Assembly: GCA_002633005.1 (NCBI GenBank)
Contig: NMRA01000681.1
Span: 1 to 64,000, forward strand
Length of the DNA: 64,000 bases
DNA from: Phoronis australis
Lineage: Eukaryota; Animalia; Phoronida
Direction: 5' to 3'
Part shown: positions 1-12,823 of the stretch, one piece after another
Layout of the letters: each line of letters starts with the position of its first letter
Position numbering within the stretch: the first letter of the stretch is position 1
The notes under the pieces: generated by a model
Database searches by the model: none
What the model saw: the letters and a program-made list of their open reading frames with translations, nothing else
Told to the model about the DNA's origin: nothing
Made by a program: the position numbers and the translations under genes

Positions 1-505
1 AGGCAGCCCAGGCAGGCTCCGGCGTAGCACTTAGACGGGCCTCAGCCAAGCTGCCGGAGGCAGCCCAGGCAGGCTCTGTCGTTGCACTTAGACGGGCCTC
101 AGCCAAGCCGCTGGAGGCAGCGTTGGCAGGCTCCGGCGTAGCACTTAGGCGGGCCTCAGCCAAGCCGCCGGAGACAGCGCAGGCAGGCTCCGGAGTAGCA
201 CTTAGGCGGGCCTCAGCCAAGCCGACGGAGGCAGCGCAGGCAGGCTCCGTCGTTGCGCTTAGACGGGCCTCAGCCAAGCCGCCGGAGGCAGCGCAGGCAG
301 CCTCCGGCGTAGCACTTAGGCGGGCCTCAGCCAAGCCGCCGGAGGCAGCGCAGGCAGGCTCCGGCGTAGCACTTAGGCGGGCCTCAGCCAAGCCGCCGGA
401 GGCAGCGCAGGCATGCTCCGGCGTAGCACTTAGGCGGGCCTCAGCCAAGCCTCCGGAGGCAGCGTAGGCAGGCTCCGGCGTAGCACTTAGGCTGGCCTCA
501 GCCAA
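1..505. repeat. GC-rich 57-bp minisatellite, ~9 copies (runs off window start), followed by (GTTGCC)4
   Basis: Unit aggcagcgcaggcaggctccggcgtagcacttaggcgggcctcagccaagccgccgg recurs every 57 nt. It explains the 19-aa periodic ORF 123..467. Confidence 0.95.
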
Positions 506-557
506 ATGCCGTTGCCGTTGCCGTTGCCGTTGCCCGATATCCTGCTTTGTTTATTAA

Positions 558-2037
558 AGGCGAAGGCAACATTTTTCATGTCATTTTGAGCAAAAACCAG
601 GTTCTTTGATTATCCCAGACATATTTTTCACTGAATTACAGCTTTTCGTAATTTAATCAATTACTCGTCCTCTATTCCGGAAGTGACGTTTTAGGAGGCA
701 AGAATTTCGCGCCCGAATTTGATTCTGCGTTGAGTTAACTGTGAGGATCTGTACTACTTTTGTTTTCGTGCTGTTTTTTTAATTGTCGTCACCACTTCCC
801 ATCGACGAGTAGTTTACGACAAGCTAGGTTCTTAGAGAAGTCAATTACGTTGGATTTAGGGATTGTTTAGTTTGTGTTAATCTGACGGGCTGGAGTCGGT
901 GACCCATATCACAGTGACAGAAGTGACGTGTGTAACGGAGACATTGTTTATAGCAGTGGTGACGAGGAATTTTTTCACGGACAGTCAGTGGGTCTGTATA
1001 TGTTTGAGCCAGAGCTAGTGTAATGAGGCGCGAGTACGCACAGGCACAACTGTCCCACTTGCCCGAGTGTCCCGCGACACACTTCCGCTGAGCACCCAAA
1101 CTGCTTACATCCCGCCGTGTGACTATCTCGCCACACACATGGCACCTTCTAGATAGCTCCAATACCTTAGACAAGTCCGCAATAAACTTATCAAAGTTTG
1201 GCTCACCGACCTGTTCACTGGACGATCAACTGTCCTCTTTAATGGGTATCGAACTGGGTCTCTATTCACTCCCACTACTCAATATCGCTGCAGGGCTGCT
1301 TACAGGCTCTGGGCTAGAGACAACAGCACAGGGCGAATCACTGCTAGTCCCGGAATTGCACGCTCTGGGGTTACGTTTGGAGGCACGGGTGACAGTAGAC
1401 GAAGTTCCTCCAGTCACTGTAGTGGCCACAGCTCGCTAGACTTCTCGCTTCAAAAGTGCACTTCTCGGGGGTGTCGACGGAGCACTGCCGGGAATCAACA
1501 GCGACGGTATGGCACCCTGCTTCAGGCGTTGTTTCGCAGGTACCTTCATCAATTCAGCCTACGTATCTCTCTCGTAATCTGACGACGGAAAATGGTTGCC
1601 ACACACTCGGTAACCCTCCACTGCTTCGAACGTTGTGTGGACGGGTAACGGTGCGCTACCCGAACGGGTCAAGTACTGACGGCAAAGTGTGCCATCCTTC
1701 GGAAAGCGATGCAAAGCCGGGTATTCCCAAAGCGCGCGTGAGACGATAATGAGTACATCCCGGTACGCAGCAACAACGTGGCATGTTGACTGACTCGTAA
1801 ACAAAAACAAACAACGACCGAACATATCACAACTAAGGTAGACCAGTGACTGACTCTTCAGCTCTCACAGTCAGACCAAATGAAAAGAAATTCTTGCCTC
1901 CCAAAACGTCACTTCCGGGGTAAAGGCAGGGCAATTAATTAAATTGCGAAAAGCTGTAATTAAGTGAAAAATATGTCTAGGATAATCAACGAACCTTATT
2001 TTTGTTGAAAATGACCTGAAAAAGGTTGCCTTTGCCT
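558..2037 (-). mobile_element. Internally deleted Kolobok-like DNA transposon with ~150-bp TIRs
   Basis: 547-708 is the reverse complement of 1887-2050. Left end reads TTAA|AGG and right end CCT|TTAT. Contains THAP-transposase and KolX-like remnants in convergent orientation. Confidence 0.75.
1050..1784 (-). pseudogene. Degenerate THAP-domain transposase N-terminus (Kolobok-like)
   Basis: From ATG 1784: MPRCCCVPGC-[frameshift]-LHRFPKD...YRVCGNHFPSSDYERD*...RLKQGAIPSL (C2CH THAP plus AVPT-like box). Then KFIADLSKVLELSRRCHVCG...CVAGHSGKWDS. Frameshift, in-frame stop, no catalytic core. Confidence 0.75.
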
Positions 2038-2649
2038 TTATAGTAAACAATGTCATGGCTGTTCCTTGAATCTTTTTGATAACTGTGTACAGAAACGTGT
2101 TATTGATGTCGTCCAGTGGAATATCCTTTGTGTGACATTTATTTATTAACCAACGCACACTTCGAAGTTTTTGACGGCAATCACCCCGTGTTGAACCCAG
2201 AACGTCCAGTCCACCACATGCATGCTTTGTTCCAACATCAACCCAGGCGACTGCTTGGTTGATACTCGATAGAAACATGTGGGTATGGTGAGATGCGTTA
2301 ATTTTTATTGCAGATATATTTTGAGTATATGTAAACAGCATCAAAATTTGACCGTGTAAAACTCACGCTTAAAATTAACATTGTGATAGATTGAACAAAA
2401 GTTAACCAATACTAACACTATTTTAAAATAAAAACCCTATTACAAACTGCACGATCACGTGTGCGGAATGTAGAAGGAAACTTGAAATCGGATTCATTCA
2501 TACCAAAGGCAGTGACATTGGAAATTTCATTCAGGTGAAATCACAACAGGTAAATACGTTTTCTTAGGGTCGATTTACAATAATGAGCCTCAAAACAGTA
2601 CACAGAGTACCTTCATTTTTATAAAAAAGTTACAAAACGCTTGAACACA

Positions 2650-3060
2650 TAAAGATATGAGATATTGAACATGTCCAAATTCCACCAGTCGGCACGTGCT
2701 ATGCATTGGAACACAGAGATAAGCAACTCACTCTTGACAGGGAGACTACACATATGGTATTTTCCAATTACTCGGAAGGCTTGAACATATAGTTTTCTCC
2801 ATTACCGTGAGATGTCACAGTCATCCATAATATGGTATCACCAAATGTTCCATCTATTGCACAGCCTTTAAAGGTTCATCATATTGATAGAAGTACCTAA
2901 CAATTAACTTTTAAAACACATGCATAACAGTATCCCCTTGATAGTGATATTCGAGTTCATGTGGTAAACCATAGTGTCCACATACTGCAAGAAGTTAAAA
3001 AGACCGTCAACTGAGAGCAAGAACAGAACAAGATCATGGTCATACATATTATGATTGATA
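2650..3060 (-). mobile_element. Possible heavily degraded CMC/EnSpm-like transposase fragment
   Basis: Minus-strand fragments across frames: LVLFLLSVDG, SMWTLWFT, SLPVKSELL, FGHV. These resemble EnSpm motifs (DG..SxWP, DLPAK, GHV). Many stops. Confidence 0.3.
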
Positions 3061-6000
3061 TATTCAGGAGACTAAGTCCATCCATGTCCTGTTTGAAACT
3101 ACTTCATGGAAGAGCCAAAGCTTCTAGAAAGGATCCAAAAAGTTTGGCAATGGTCAGTGAGCTGTTGCTTTTATTTACATTTTTAGTTTCCTGGTACAAA
3201 AAGTGTGCTGCTCCCCTGTCAATGACTTTGCATCACTAATTTCTGGTCTCATAGAGTGTCGAACTAACTAGCATTCCTTTCAGTCGGATTTGTGAACCTT
3301 TGGCTTAACAGGACCTTTTCAAATAATTATAATTTGTTGTATTATAGGTGTTATAACACTTGAGAACCTTCAGAGTATCGAGCTGTATCTTATATATACT
3401 AATACAGTATGAAACGTAAGCAACGTTAATTTACTTCTTCCTTTTTGGATATCCGTAGGTCCCAACGTATCGTGGGTATGGGTATGGCTTGTAAATAGAT
3501 AAAAACGTGTATTAATGATATTTACAAACAGTCGACAAATCAATTGTTTTCAATACTGCTTCTGCTTGTGAAATCTGCAAAGGAATTCAATTAACACCAT
3601 TCAGCATGCATTTTGGGGTCTTGAACGTAATTTGGGTTCAGCCATGCCGTTGTTTTAGTATGTTAGGGCTTGTATTAGTGTGTTAGTGCAATTGTCAGTC
3701 GGGATTAGAAAGAGCGCTAGCGTCTGCACAATTGTACCACCAAGACCTGCAACAAATGTCTAGTGTAATAGATTTGATGGATGTATAGAGATCTATTCAT
3801 TTGAAGTACATGTGCGTCATCACATCCAAACACTAATACTCGAGTACAACCCAAAGTACACCAAAACTACAGTCAACCCTTAAGAACTATTACAGTAATC
3901 TGGAAACCACACAGTTGTCACCGGTGGAGAGCTGTAAATGCAAGACGCAAATGTTATCAATAACATAATTTAATCAGCACTATCGTCCTTCATGTATCTG
4001 GAAAGACAGCATCTCACAGCGTGCGCTCTCACGGAAGTGCAACTTACAGGTCTTTTTTACCTTTCCGTCTCCGGTTTTATTTTGTGTCGGTTATCGGCGA
4101 CATCTTAGGTTCTCTTCTAGTGGTAGCGAGGTCAGGGTGCTGCTTGTTCAGGTCCTGTATGATCCTAAAAAGTCTCTATATTTCTCTCTCAGTTTGAATA
4201 TTTAAATTCATCTCAGAAATAGCTGTTTACATTTATGTAAAACATTGAAATACCAATATTTAAACGCAGTTCACAAAACGAAAATGAAGCGATCATATTT
4301 TAGAACATGAAGAGTATTTCCTACTTCACTTCTGGAAATTTAGCATTTAAGAAAATTCGACCTTGCTATTGTGACCGCTGTTTTACTATCAATGAGCTCT
4401 GTCTTACTAAATACTATGATTTTTGAGAGAATGTGAGCCGAAACCAGGTGAGATGAGAAAGAGTGTAAATGAAAAAAGAGATGCCTAAATGACTGGCCAG
4501 TTGATGTTTCATTTTACTTTTCTATGTTAAACAAACTCGCATGCAGTCGAAACAAGTAACTTCCAGGAGATTTACAGCTTAGCAGCACCATACCTTTTGT
4601 CTCAGGTGTCATTAGTGTAAGTGGTACTGCAGCACATTTCTTACCATGTCATTGTTCTCAGCTTCAGATCCTGTATGCTAATGGTATACTAGTCAGCTAA
4701 AGTCCAGTGGATCGACGAAAGGCCAAGTCGCTAAAAATCTACAATGACGTTAAAAGGAAATCAACACGTCCGAAGTAGTAAAACCTATATGTACCTATAT
4801 GTCCTCAAATGAAAACTACAAATGAGGAAAGGTATGACCTAAGGTATAAATTCACGGTTTTTAAGTCTTCAGATTCGAAGATCAACACAATTCCTAAACC
4901 CCATTAGTTCGAAAGCTAAAAGTTCAAACTTTCATGACACTAGGTTCCGAACAGCGATTTCGAGGAAAATATTCGGTAATTTGGAAGCACATGCCTGTTT
5001 GACACCAGTTCTTCGAAGAGCCTGTGCCTCTGGAAAGGAGGCAAACAAAGTGGTTACCGCCACTTAAGTTTTGCTGTTCCGCTGCTGTTGAAGTTTCTTG
5101 CATCATAAATCTTGAAACCAGTTTTGATCTAACTACTGTAGCTTTCTTTTCTGTCGGAGTTGTGAGCACTTGGCCAAATAGGGTCTTTTTAAAAACATTT
5201 CATTTTCCGTATCATTGGGTGTCAGGACTTAAGAACCTTCAGAGTGCCGGACTGCATCCAAAACATATAGTGGCTTTAAATGGAAACAACGTTAGTTCAC
5301 CTACATAATTTTCGTCTTAAATCCTTCGTCATCCGTTTTGGCTATCCGAGGCCTCACAGCGTATCGTTGAGGTACGGTTATACCGCGTAAATAGACAAAA
5401 ACCTGTATTAATGAACTTTTCAAACAATCGACAAAGCAACAGTTTTCAATTTGCCACTCGGAGATCAATTGAAAAATCCTTGTCTTTACGCTCATAGAAA
5501 TCGGTCACGGGAACCATTGTTCATCTCCATCTGGTTGATGCATCTCCAGAGGAATTCAAATAACACCGTTCAGCATGTATTTTGAGACCTTGAACGTCCT
5601 TTGGATTAATTCATGCCGTCTTTCCTGGTATGTTAGGGCAGTTGTTGGGCGGGATTAGAAAGTGCGTTAGCGTCAACGCGAAAGCACAAGCAAGAAAAAT
5701 AACAAACCTGTAAAAAATTGTAAATACAATTGACAAATGGGCAGATCTATTCATTAAAGTAAATGTGCGTCATCACGGCCCAAGCATTAACACATGTCTT
5801 GAGTAGAACCAAGGGTACAACTAAAATGCAGGCAACACTTGAAGTCTATTACAACGAAATGGACACCAAACAGTTGTAACAGGTGAAGACCAAAGTGTTA
5901 TCAATAACGACAGTTACCCCTATCGTGCTTAGTGCATCGGGTAAGACAGCACCTCATGGCATGTGGCCTGACGCAAGAGGCAACTTCCGGGCTTCTGTTA

Positions 6001-9000
6001 CCTTTCTGACTCTGGTGTCTTTTTGGGTTAGTGCCTCAGCGACATGTCTGGTTTGTTGCCAGTGGTAGATCCTGTTTGTTCAGATCCTATATGACCCTAA
6101 AAGAAGTGTTAAGTACATTTCTCAGTATTTGAATGTTTCTCATCAATCTGAAGAGCTATTTAAACGTCGTTCACAAAACGAAAATGAAATGATCATGTTT
6201 TAGATTATTAACAGTGTTTCTGATACCACTTCTGAAATATTTTTATCAAATGAAATTCGATATTTGTTATTGGCATTGTTGTTTTAATAATAATGTGCTT
6301 TTCTCTTTTGATGAATTTTGCAGTTTTTGAGAGATTGTGCCCTGGAACCAGGTATGAAACAGTGTACATGAATAAAGACGGTGCCTGAATGAGTAGCGAA
6401 TAGAATTTTCACTTCATTTTTCCGAATCAAACAAGTTGCACATAGGAATACACACGTCGAGGACGTTTACAGATGAACTGCACCACACCGTTTGACACTG
6501 ATGTCTTTCGTCAAATTGGTCCTGCAACACATTTGATATACTGTCACTGCTGGCAACTTCAGTTATCACACGTGGATGGTATATTAATCAACCAAAGTCG
6601 TTGCACACTGGGACAAGTCACTAAAAATGAACCCTTTGAAAGCGATAAAGTAATACGACCTGAATTGAAATCTACAAGTGAGAAGGTGTATGGGCCGAAG
6701 GTATGAAATCACGTGATTCCTCAGTTTCAAGGTTAGCTAGACCAAGAATCCATAAATCTGTATACCCACTGAAGTCCAAAAGCTTATCATTTTCAAAAGT
6801 AAACGTTCGATCTTTCAGGACACGAGGTTCTGAAAAGTGATTTCGTGAAAAATTTTGGAGTTAGTTTCTATACACGTACCGTTTGAAACTAGTGATTCGA
6901 AGAGCTAGTTCTCCTCAATGGGATCCAAACAAATTATGTCAGTGCTTACTGAGCTGCTACATTTAGTTACACTATCAAATTTTGGAATACAGCTGCTCTG
7001 TTATCAGACCTTGTCAATAGTTTCAACTAGACCTTCCTTTTGTTGGATTTGTGAACCTTCGGACTCAAGGTCCTTTAGAAAACGTTTTCATTTGTCGCAT
7101 AATTTGCCTTCTAACTTGTACACCTTCGGAGTATCGAGCTCTATCCTATTTATAAAAAGGAAATTATGACTTGCAAGCAATATTAGATTTCCTTCTTAGG
7201 TTTTGTATTCGGTTGTGAATTTTCTTCTTCCATGCTTCTTCTTCCGTTTTGGTTATCCGTGGGTTGCAGCGTATCGCTGTTGCGTGGGTATGGCGAGTCA
7301 ATAGACAAAAAACATGCATTAACAAAATTTTTGTGACCTTTTACGTTATTTGGATTTATTCATGCTGTCCTTCTGGGTACGTTTGGGCTTGTGTCAGTAG
7401 GTTACTGTAATTGTTAGGCGGGATTAGAAAGAGCATCAGCGTCAACGCGAATACGCTAGCAAGACAATTAACAAACGTGTGGTGCAAGCGAATGGTGACA
7501 GATTTGGTGGATGGAGAGGTGTATCCATTTAAAGTACATGTGCGTCACCACGAATCAAACACTAAAACCTGAGTACAATCCAGAGTACAAGTAAAATACA
7601 GCCAAAACTTAAAATATTTTACAATGACGCCACCCGGACAACACACAATTGTCATAGGTGGAGAACTGTAACTACAAGTGTCATCCAGACTAAAATATTA
7701 TAAACAACAAAAGCTATACACGACTGTCAGCAACTCATGGCGCGCGCCCTCACGGAAGAAGCAGCTTGCGAGACGTTTTTTACCTTTTCCACTCTGGTGT
7801 TATTTTGTGTTCGTGGTTCAGCAACATCTTTGGTTCACTGCCAGTGGTGGCAAGGCCATGGTCTTTGTTGTTCGAAGCCTGTAAGACCCTAGAAAAGAAC
7901 GTCTACATTTCTCTAACGTTTGTATCTCAGAAATGACAGTTCACATTGATGTAAAACTTTCAAATACTAGGATTTAAACACCGTTCAGAAAACGAAAATG
8001 ATAAGAGCATATTTTACAACTTTAACAGAGTTCTGAGATGACTTGTGGAACACCTTCATTAAATTAAATTAGATCTTGTTATTGATACGATTGTTTTACC
8101 ATTAGGGTGCTTTTTGTCCTAAGCTAAATTTTACGGTTTTTGAGAAATAATTTATTGTGCCCTGAAACCAGGTGTGAATTGATGGGTCCTAGAATGCACA
8201 TACTTTCAAAGCATGTAACTTCCAGGATGTTTACAGCTTAATGGCATCATACTTTTTGGCTATGGTGTCATTCGTGTAAGTGGTCCTGTGGTTTCATCCC
8301 ACTGGTCGCGACGTCAAATCCCGCATGCCGCATGCTAGTGGTATATTAGTCAGTCCAGTGGTTCGAAGAAATTTGGCGAAGTCTCTAAAAACCTACAATA
8401 ATATTCAAACGAAGTCAACCCCTTGTAGGCAATGAAGTCGTATGATCTGAATTGAAATCTACGAGTGAGAAAGAGTGTGAGCAGAAGGTGTGAATTCAAG
8501 GTATTCATTGGTCTGAAAGCTTAAACTTCCAAAAGCTAAAAGTTAGAACTTTCATGTATCAAGATTTTGAAAAGTTGTTTGGAGAAAAAGGTTCAGGTAT
8601 TTATATGCACGTGCCTATTTGAAACTACTTTATGGAACCCCGAGGATCAAAACAAAATTCGGCAATGTGCGGAGATGTTGCATTTATTTACATTTTCAAA
8701 TATTTGTTTACCACCACTACAATCTTGATGCTTCCTGTCGATGGCTAAATAACAGGTTTCAGGTATAATAGACCTTCGGACTAGTTTCAAACAAACTATC
8801 TTTTCTTTCTGTCGGATTTGTGAACCCTCGGGGTTAAAGGGCTCTTTTAGAAATATATTCAATTGTCAGATGATTTGCCTTTAGACTTGTGAACCTTCAT
8901 AGTATAGAGCTCTATCCTATTTATACCAATTCAGTATGAATAGCAAACAAAATTACATTACGTTCTTAATTTTAGTCTTAGTTTGTCATTCTTCTTCTTC

Positions 9001-11757
9001 CATTCTCCTTCTTCCGTCTTGGTAATCCAGGGGTAGCAACGTATCGTTGTTGTGTGAGTATAGCAAGTAAATAAACAAAACCGTAGAATAATAAAATTTA
9101 CAAACAACTGAGAAATCAATTGTTGTTTTCCATTTGATACTTGAATAATCAATGTAAATGAAAAATCCTTCTCCATGCCACGGGTGTAATCGGTCAAGGG
9201 AACCACTGCTCATCTCCACCTGGTTACGGCATCTGCAGAGGAACTCAGTTAACAGCATTCAGCATGCACACAAGATCGTCATTTGGATTCAGTCATGCTG
9301 TTTTTAGTGTGTTAGGGTATGTGTTAGTATGTTAGTGCAAATGTTAGTCGAAATTAGAAAGAGCGTTACCGTCAATACGAATGTACCAGCAAGACAAGTA
9401 ACAAACGACAAGTGAAAGCGAATGGTGATAGATTTGGTGCATGGAGAGGTGTATCCATTTAAAATACATGTGCGTCATCACGAACCAAACACTAAAACTT
9501 GAGTACAAGCCAGGGTACAAGTAAAATACAGTTATCACTTTAAAGCTGTTACAATGATCAAGACAACACAAAGTTGTCACAAATGTCAGCCGGACCAAAA
9601 TGTTGTCAATAACGACAGTTACACACCTCTATCGTTCTTCATGTAACTTTTAGGGCAGCATCTCATGATGCAGCCTAAGGGAGAGTGCAACTTAAGGGAT
9701 TCTTTACGTTTCCGATTATGGTATCATTTTGTGTTGGTGGTTCAGCGACATCTTTTGTTCTGTACCAGTGGTGGTAAGGTCAGTGTCCTGCTTGCTCAGA
9801 TCCTATAAGACTCTGGAACAAACATCTATATTTGTTTAACTTTGAACGTTTATATCTCAGAAATAGGTGTTCTTATTCATGTAACACCTCCAAATACAGT
9901 GATTTAAAGACAGTTCCCAAAACAAAAATGAAGATCATATTTTAGAACGTTAATAGAGTTCGAGGTCACTTCTGGAACACTTTCATGAAATGAAATTCGA
10001 TCTTATTATTGATATCATTGTTTTACCATTAACGTGGCTTTGCCTTTTGCTAAATTTTACGGTTTTTGAGGGACTGTGCCCTGAAACTAGATGTAATACG
10101 ATGCATATGAATAAAAATAGATGCCTGAATGACTTTTCCAAATCAAACAAGGCTTCTGTACAGATTTGATGACTCGTAGAACACAGAGACAGTCGAAGCA
10201 TTTAACTTCCAGGACATTTAGGGGTGAACGGCACCATACTTTTTGACTCTGATGTCATTCCTGTGAGTGGTCCAGCGGCACCTTTGGTACACTCTCACTG
10301 CTCGCGACGTCAGATCCCGCATGACAATGGTACATTGTATACTAGTCAGCCAGTGTCCAGTGGTTTGACGAAATTAGGTCAATTCCTTAAAAACCTAGTC
10401 GTCTCATTGGAAGCAATGAAACCTTATGATCTGAATTGAAAAGTACAAGTGAGAAAGAGTGTGAGCAGAAGGTATGGAATCACTTATTGTCCGAAGGTTT
10501 GCAAGTCCAAAAATCCATAAATCCAAAGGTCCAAACTAGGTCGAAAGTTAAAATTTCGAACTTTCATTTATTACAGTTAGCAAAATGTTCGGAGATTTGT
10601 ATGCACGTTCGTGTTTGAAACTACTTTTTGGAAGTACCAGTACCTCCTCTCGCAAGGATCCAAACAATGTTCGACAGCACTTAAACGCTGTTATAATGAT
10701 TTGGACACCACAAAGTTGACACAGGTAGACAACTGTAACTGCAAGTATCACCCAGACAAAATGTTATCAATAACGAAAGTTTCATACCTCTATCGTCCTT
10801 CGTGTACCGTGCAAGACAGCATCTCATGGCGCGCCCTCACGGAAGGTGCAACTTCAGAGATTTTTTTACCTTTCCAATTACGGTATCATTTGAGTAGGTG
10901 GTTCATTGTTATCTTTGGTTCTCTGTCAGTAGTGGTGAGGTCTTGGTTGTTCAGTTCATGTATTATCTTTGGAATAACGTTCAAATTTCTTTAACTTTGA
11001 AGATTCGTATCAGAGTAGCAGTTCAGATTTAGTTAAAATGTCAAATACCATGATTTAAACACCGTTCAAAAAACGAAAATGAAATCATCATATTAACTGT
11101 TTTTCTGTGATGACTTTTGAAACATTTATTTTCATCGAATGAAATTTCACTGTTTTAACATTAATGTGCTTTTGTTTTTTTCTTAAATTTACAGGTTTTT
11201 GCCCTGAAACCAGGTGTGAAACAGTGTTCATGAATAAAGACAGATGTTGAATGACTGGCGAGTAAATTTTGAACTTCGCTTTTTCAAATCAAACAAGGAT
11301 GGTTTCAGATGAGCATTACTGGCGACATTCGTGTTAGTTGTCCGGGCCTACCTTGGGTATACTGTCACTGCTTTTGACGTTAAATTCCGCTCGTTAATAG
11401 TATACAAGTCAGCCAAAGTCCACCGTTTGAAGAATGACCAAGTCGCTATTAAATCTACAAAACGGTTAAAAAAAACCAAGCCTTTAGAAGCGATAAAACC
11501 TACATGACATCAATTTAAAACTAGAAGTGAGAAAGTGCATTTGCTGAAGGTATGAAATCATGGCTTTCATTTTTCCGAAGGTTTTTAAGTCCACAAATAC
11601 ACGCAAGTACGAAAGCCCAAAACTGCGAAAGCTAAAAGTTCAAACTTTAAAGAGGAAATTGCAAGGTCCAAACCAATCTGAACAACAATATGGTCTAAAT
11701 TCTAGTTTATAATTATCATTGCTATATTCTTAACATTAACTGAATTGTACGCCGCTA

Positions 11758-12823
11758 TAAAGATCCTGCAAACGGTTTGGGAGATACAGCCATGGGCGCA
11801 AAAAAAAACTGCTACTAGGAGGCGCCACAGTAATCAAAGTCATAGGAAATTCAGCGTCAACCGTCCTCTTCATAGTAAGAACATACATGCCAATTTTCAC
11901 AATCATACTTAGAACGGTTTGGTTGATAGAGGGGTCGACGCCAAAAAACAGACTCAAAAACAGTAAAAATGGCCACTGGGTGTCGCAAACTAGGTCGAAT
12001 CCATCCGAAAACGGGGGACAGCGTCATCGCACTAATAGGTGCCTACATACCAAATTTCATGAAAATTCGTTAAGGACTTGTGAAGATACAGAGGTAAACG
12101 TAAAAAAATGAAATTGCCACTAGTGGGCACACTGGTAGCGGATCCGTCCAAAAGTCGTCATCGTCTGCTGTTAACATCATATAAATACACTTATTAAATT
12201 ACGTAAAGATCCTGCGAACAGTTTAGGAGATACATCCATAGGCGCAAAAAAACTGCCACTAGGAGGCGCCACAGTAGTCCAAATCGTCTGAAAATCATTG
12301 TTAGCTGTCCTCTTTATAGTAAGCACATACATACCAATTTTCACAATCATCCTTTGAGCGGTTTGGTTGATAGAGGGGTGGACGCAAAAATACAGACTCG
12401 AAAACAGTAAAATGGCCACTAGGTGGCGCAAACTATGTCAAATGCATCTGAAAACGGGAGGATAGCGTCATCTCATTAATAGGTGCCTATATACCAAATT
12501 TCATGAGAATCCGTTCAGGACTTATGAAGATACAGAGGTAAGCGTAAAAAACTAAAATTGCCACTAGGGGGCACACCGGTAGTCGGATCCGTCCGAAAGT
12601 TCGCACAAGCCGTCCCATTCATGAATGAAACATATGTGCCAAATTTCATGAACGTATGTCAAAGGGTTTTGGAGATAAAGCAGCGGACGCCGGACGCCGG
12701 ACGCCGGACGGACGGACGGACGGACGGACGGACGGACGGACGGACGGACGGACGGACGGACGGACGGACGGACGGAGATGACTGCATAATGCGTCCACAT
12801 ATAAATATGTGGCCGCATAAAAA
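11758..12823 (+). mobile_element. Helentron-associated non-autonomous element (HINE/DINE-1-like), 5'-truncated copy 1
   Basis: ~145-bp core tandem repeats, a (GGAC)n microsatellite, and 3' hairpin ccacatat-aa-atatgtgg followed by ataaaaa. Homologous to 18938-20187. Confidence 0.7.
12706..12776. repeat. (GGAC)n microsatellite inside HINE-like element
   Basis: ~17 perfect GGAC units, preceded by (ggacgcc)3. Confidence 0.95.

Noticed and set aside
123-467. 114-aa Ala-rich repetitive ORF (also 43222..43515)
   Set aside because: A translation of the 57-bp minisatellite with a non-ATG start and no splice or unique-sequence support.
10611-10994. 127-aa ORF in the 1.9-kb array (similar frames at 15325 and 24217)
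   Set aside because: It spans a deletion junction, sister copies have stops and frameshifts, and no domain is recognisable.
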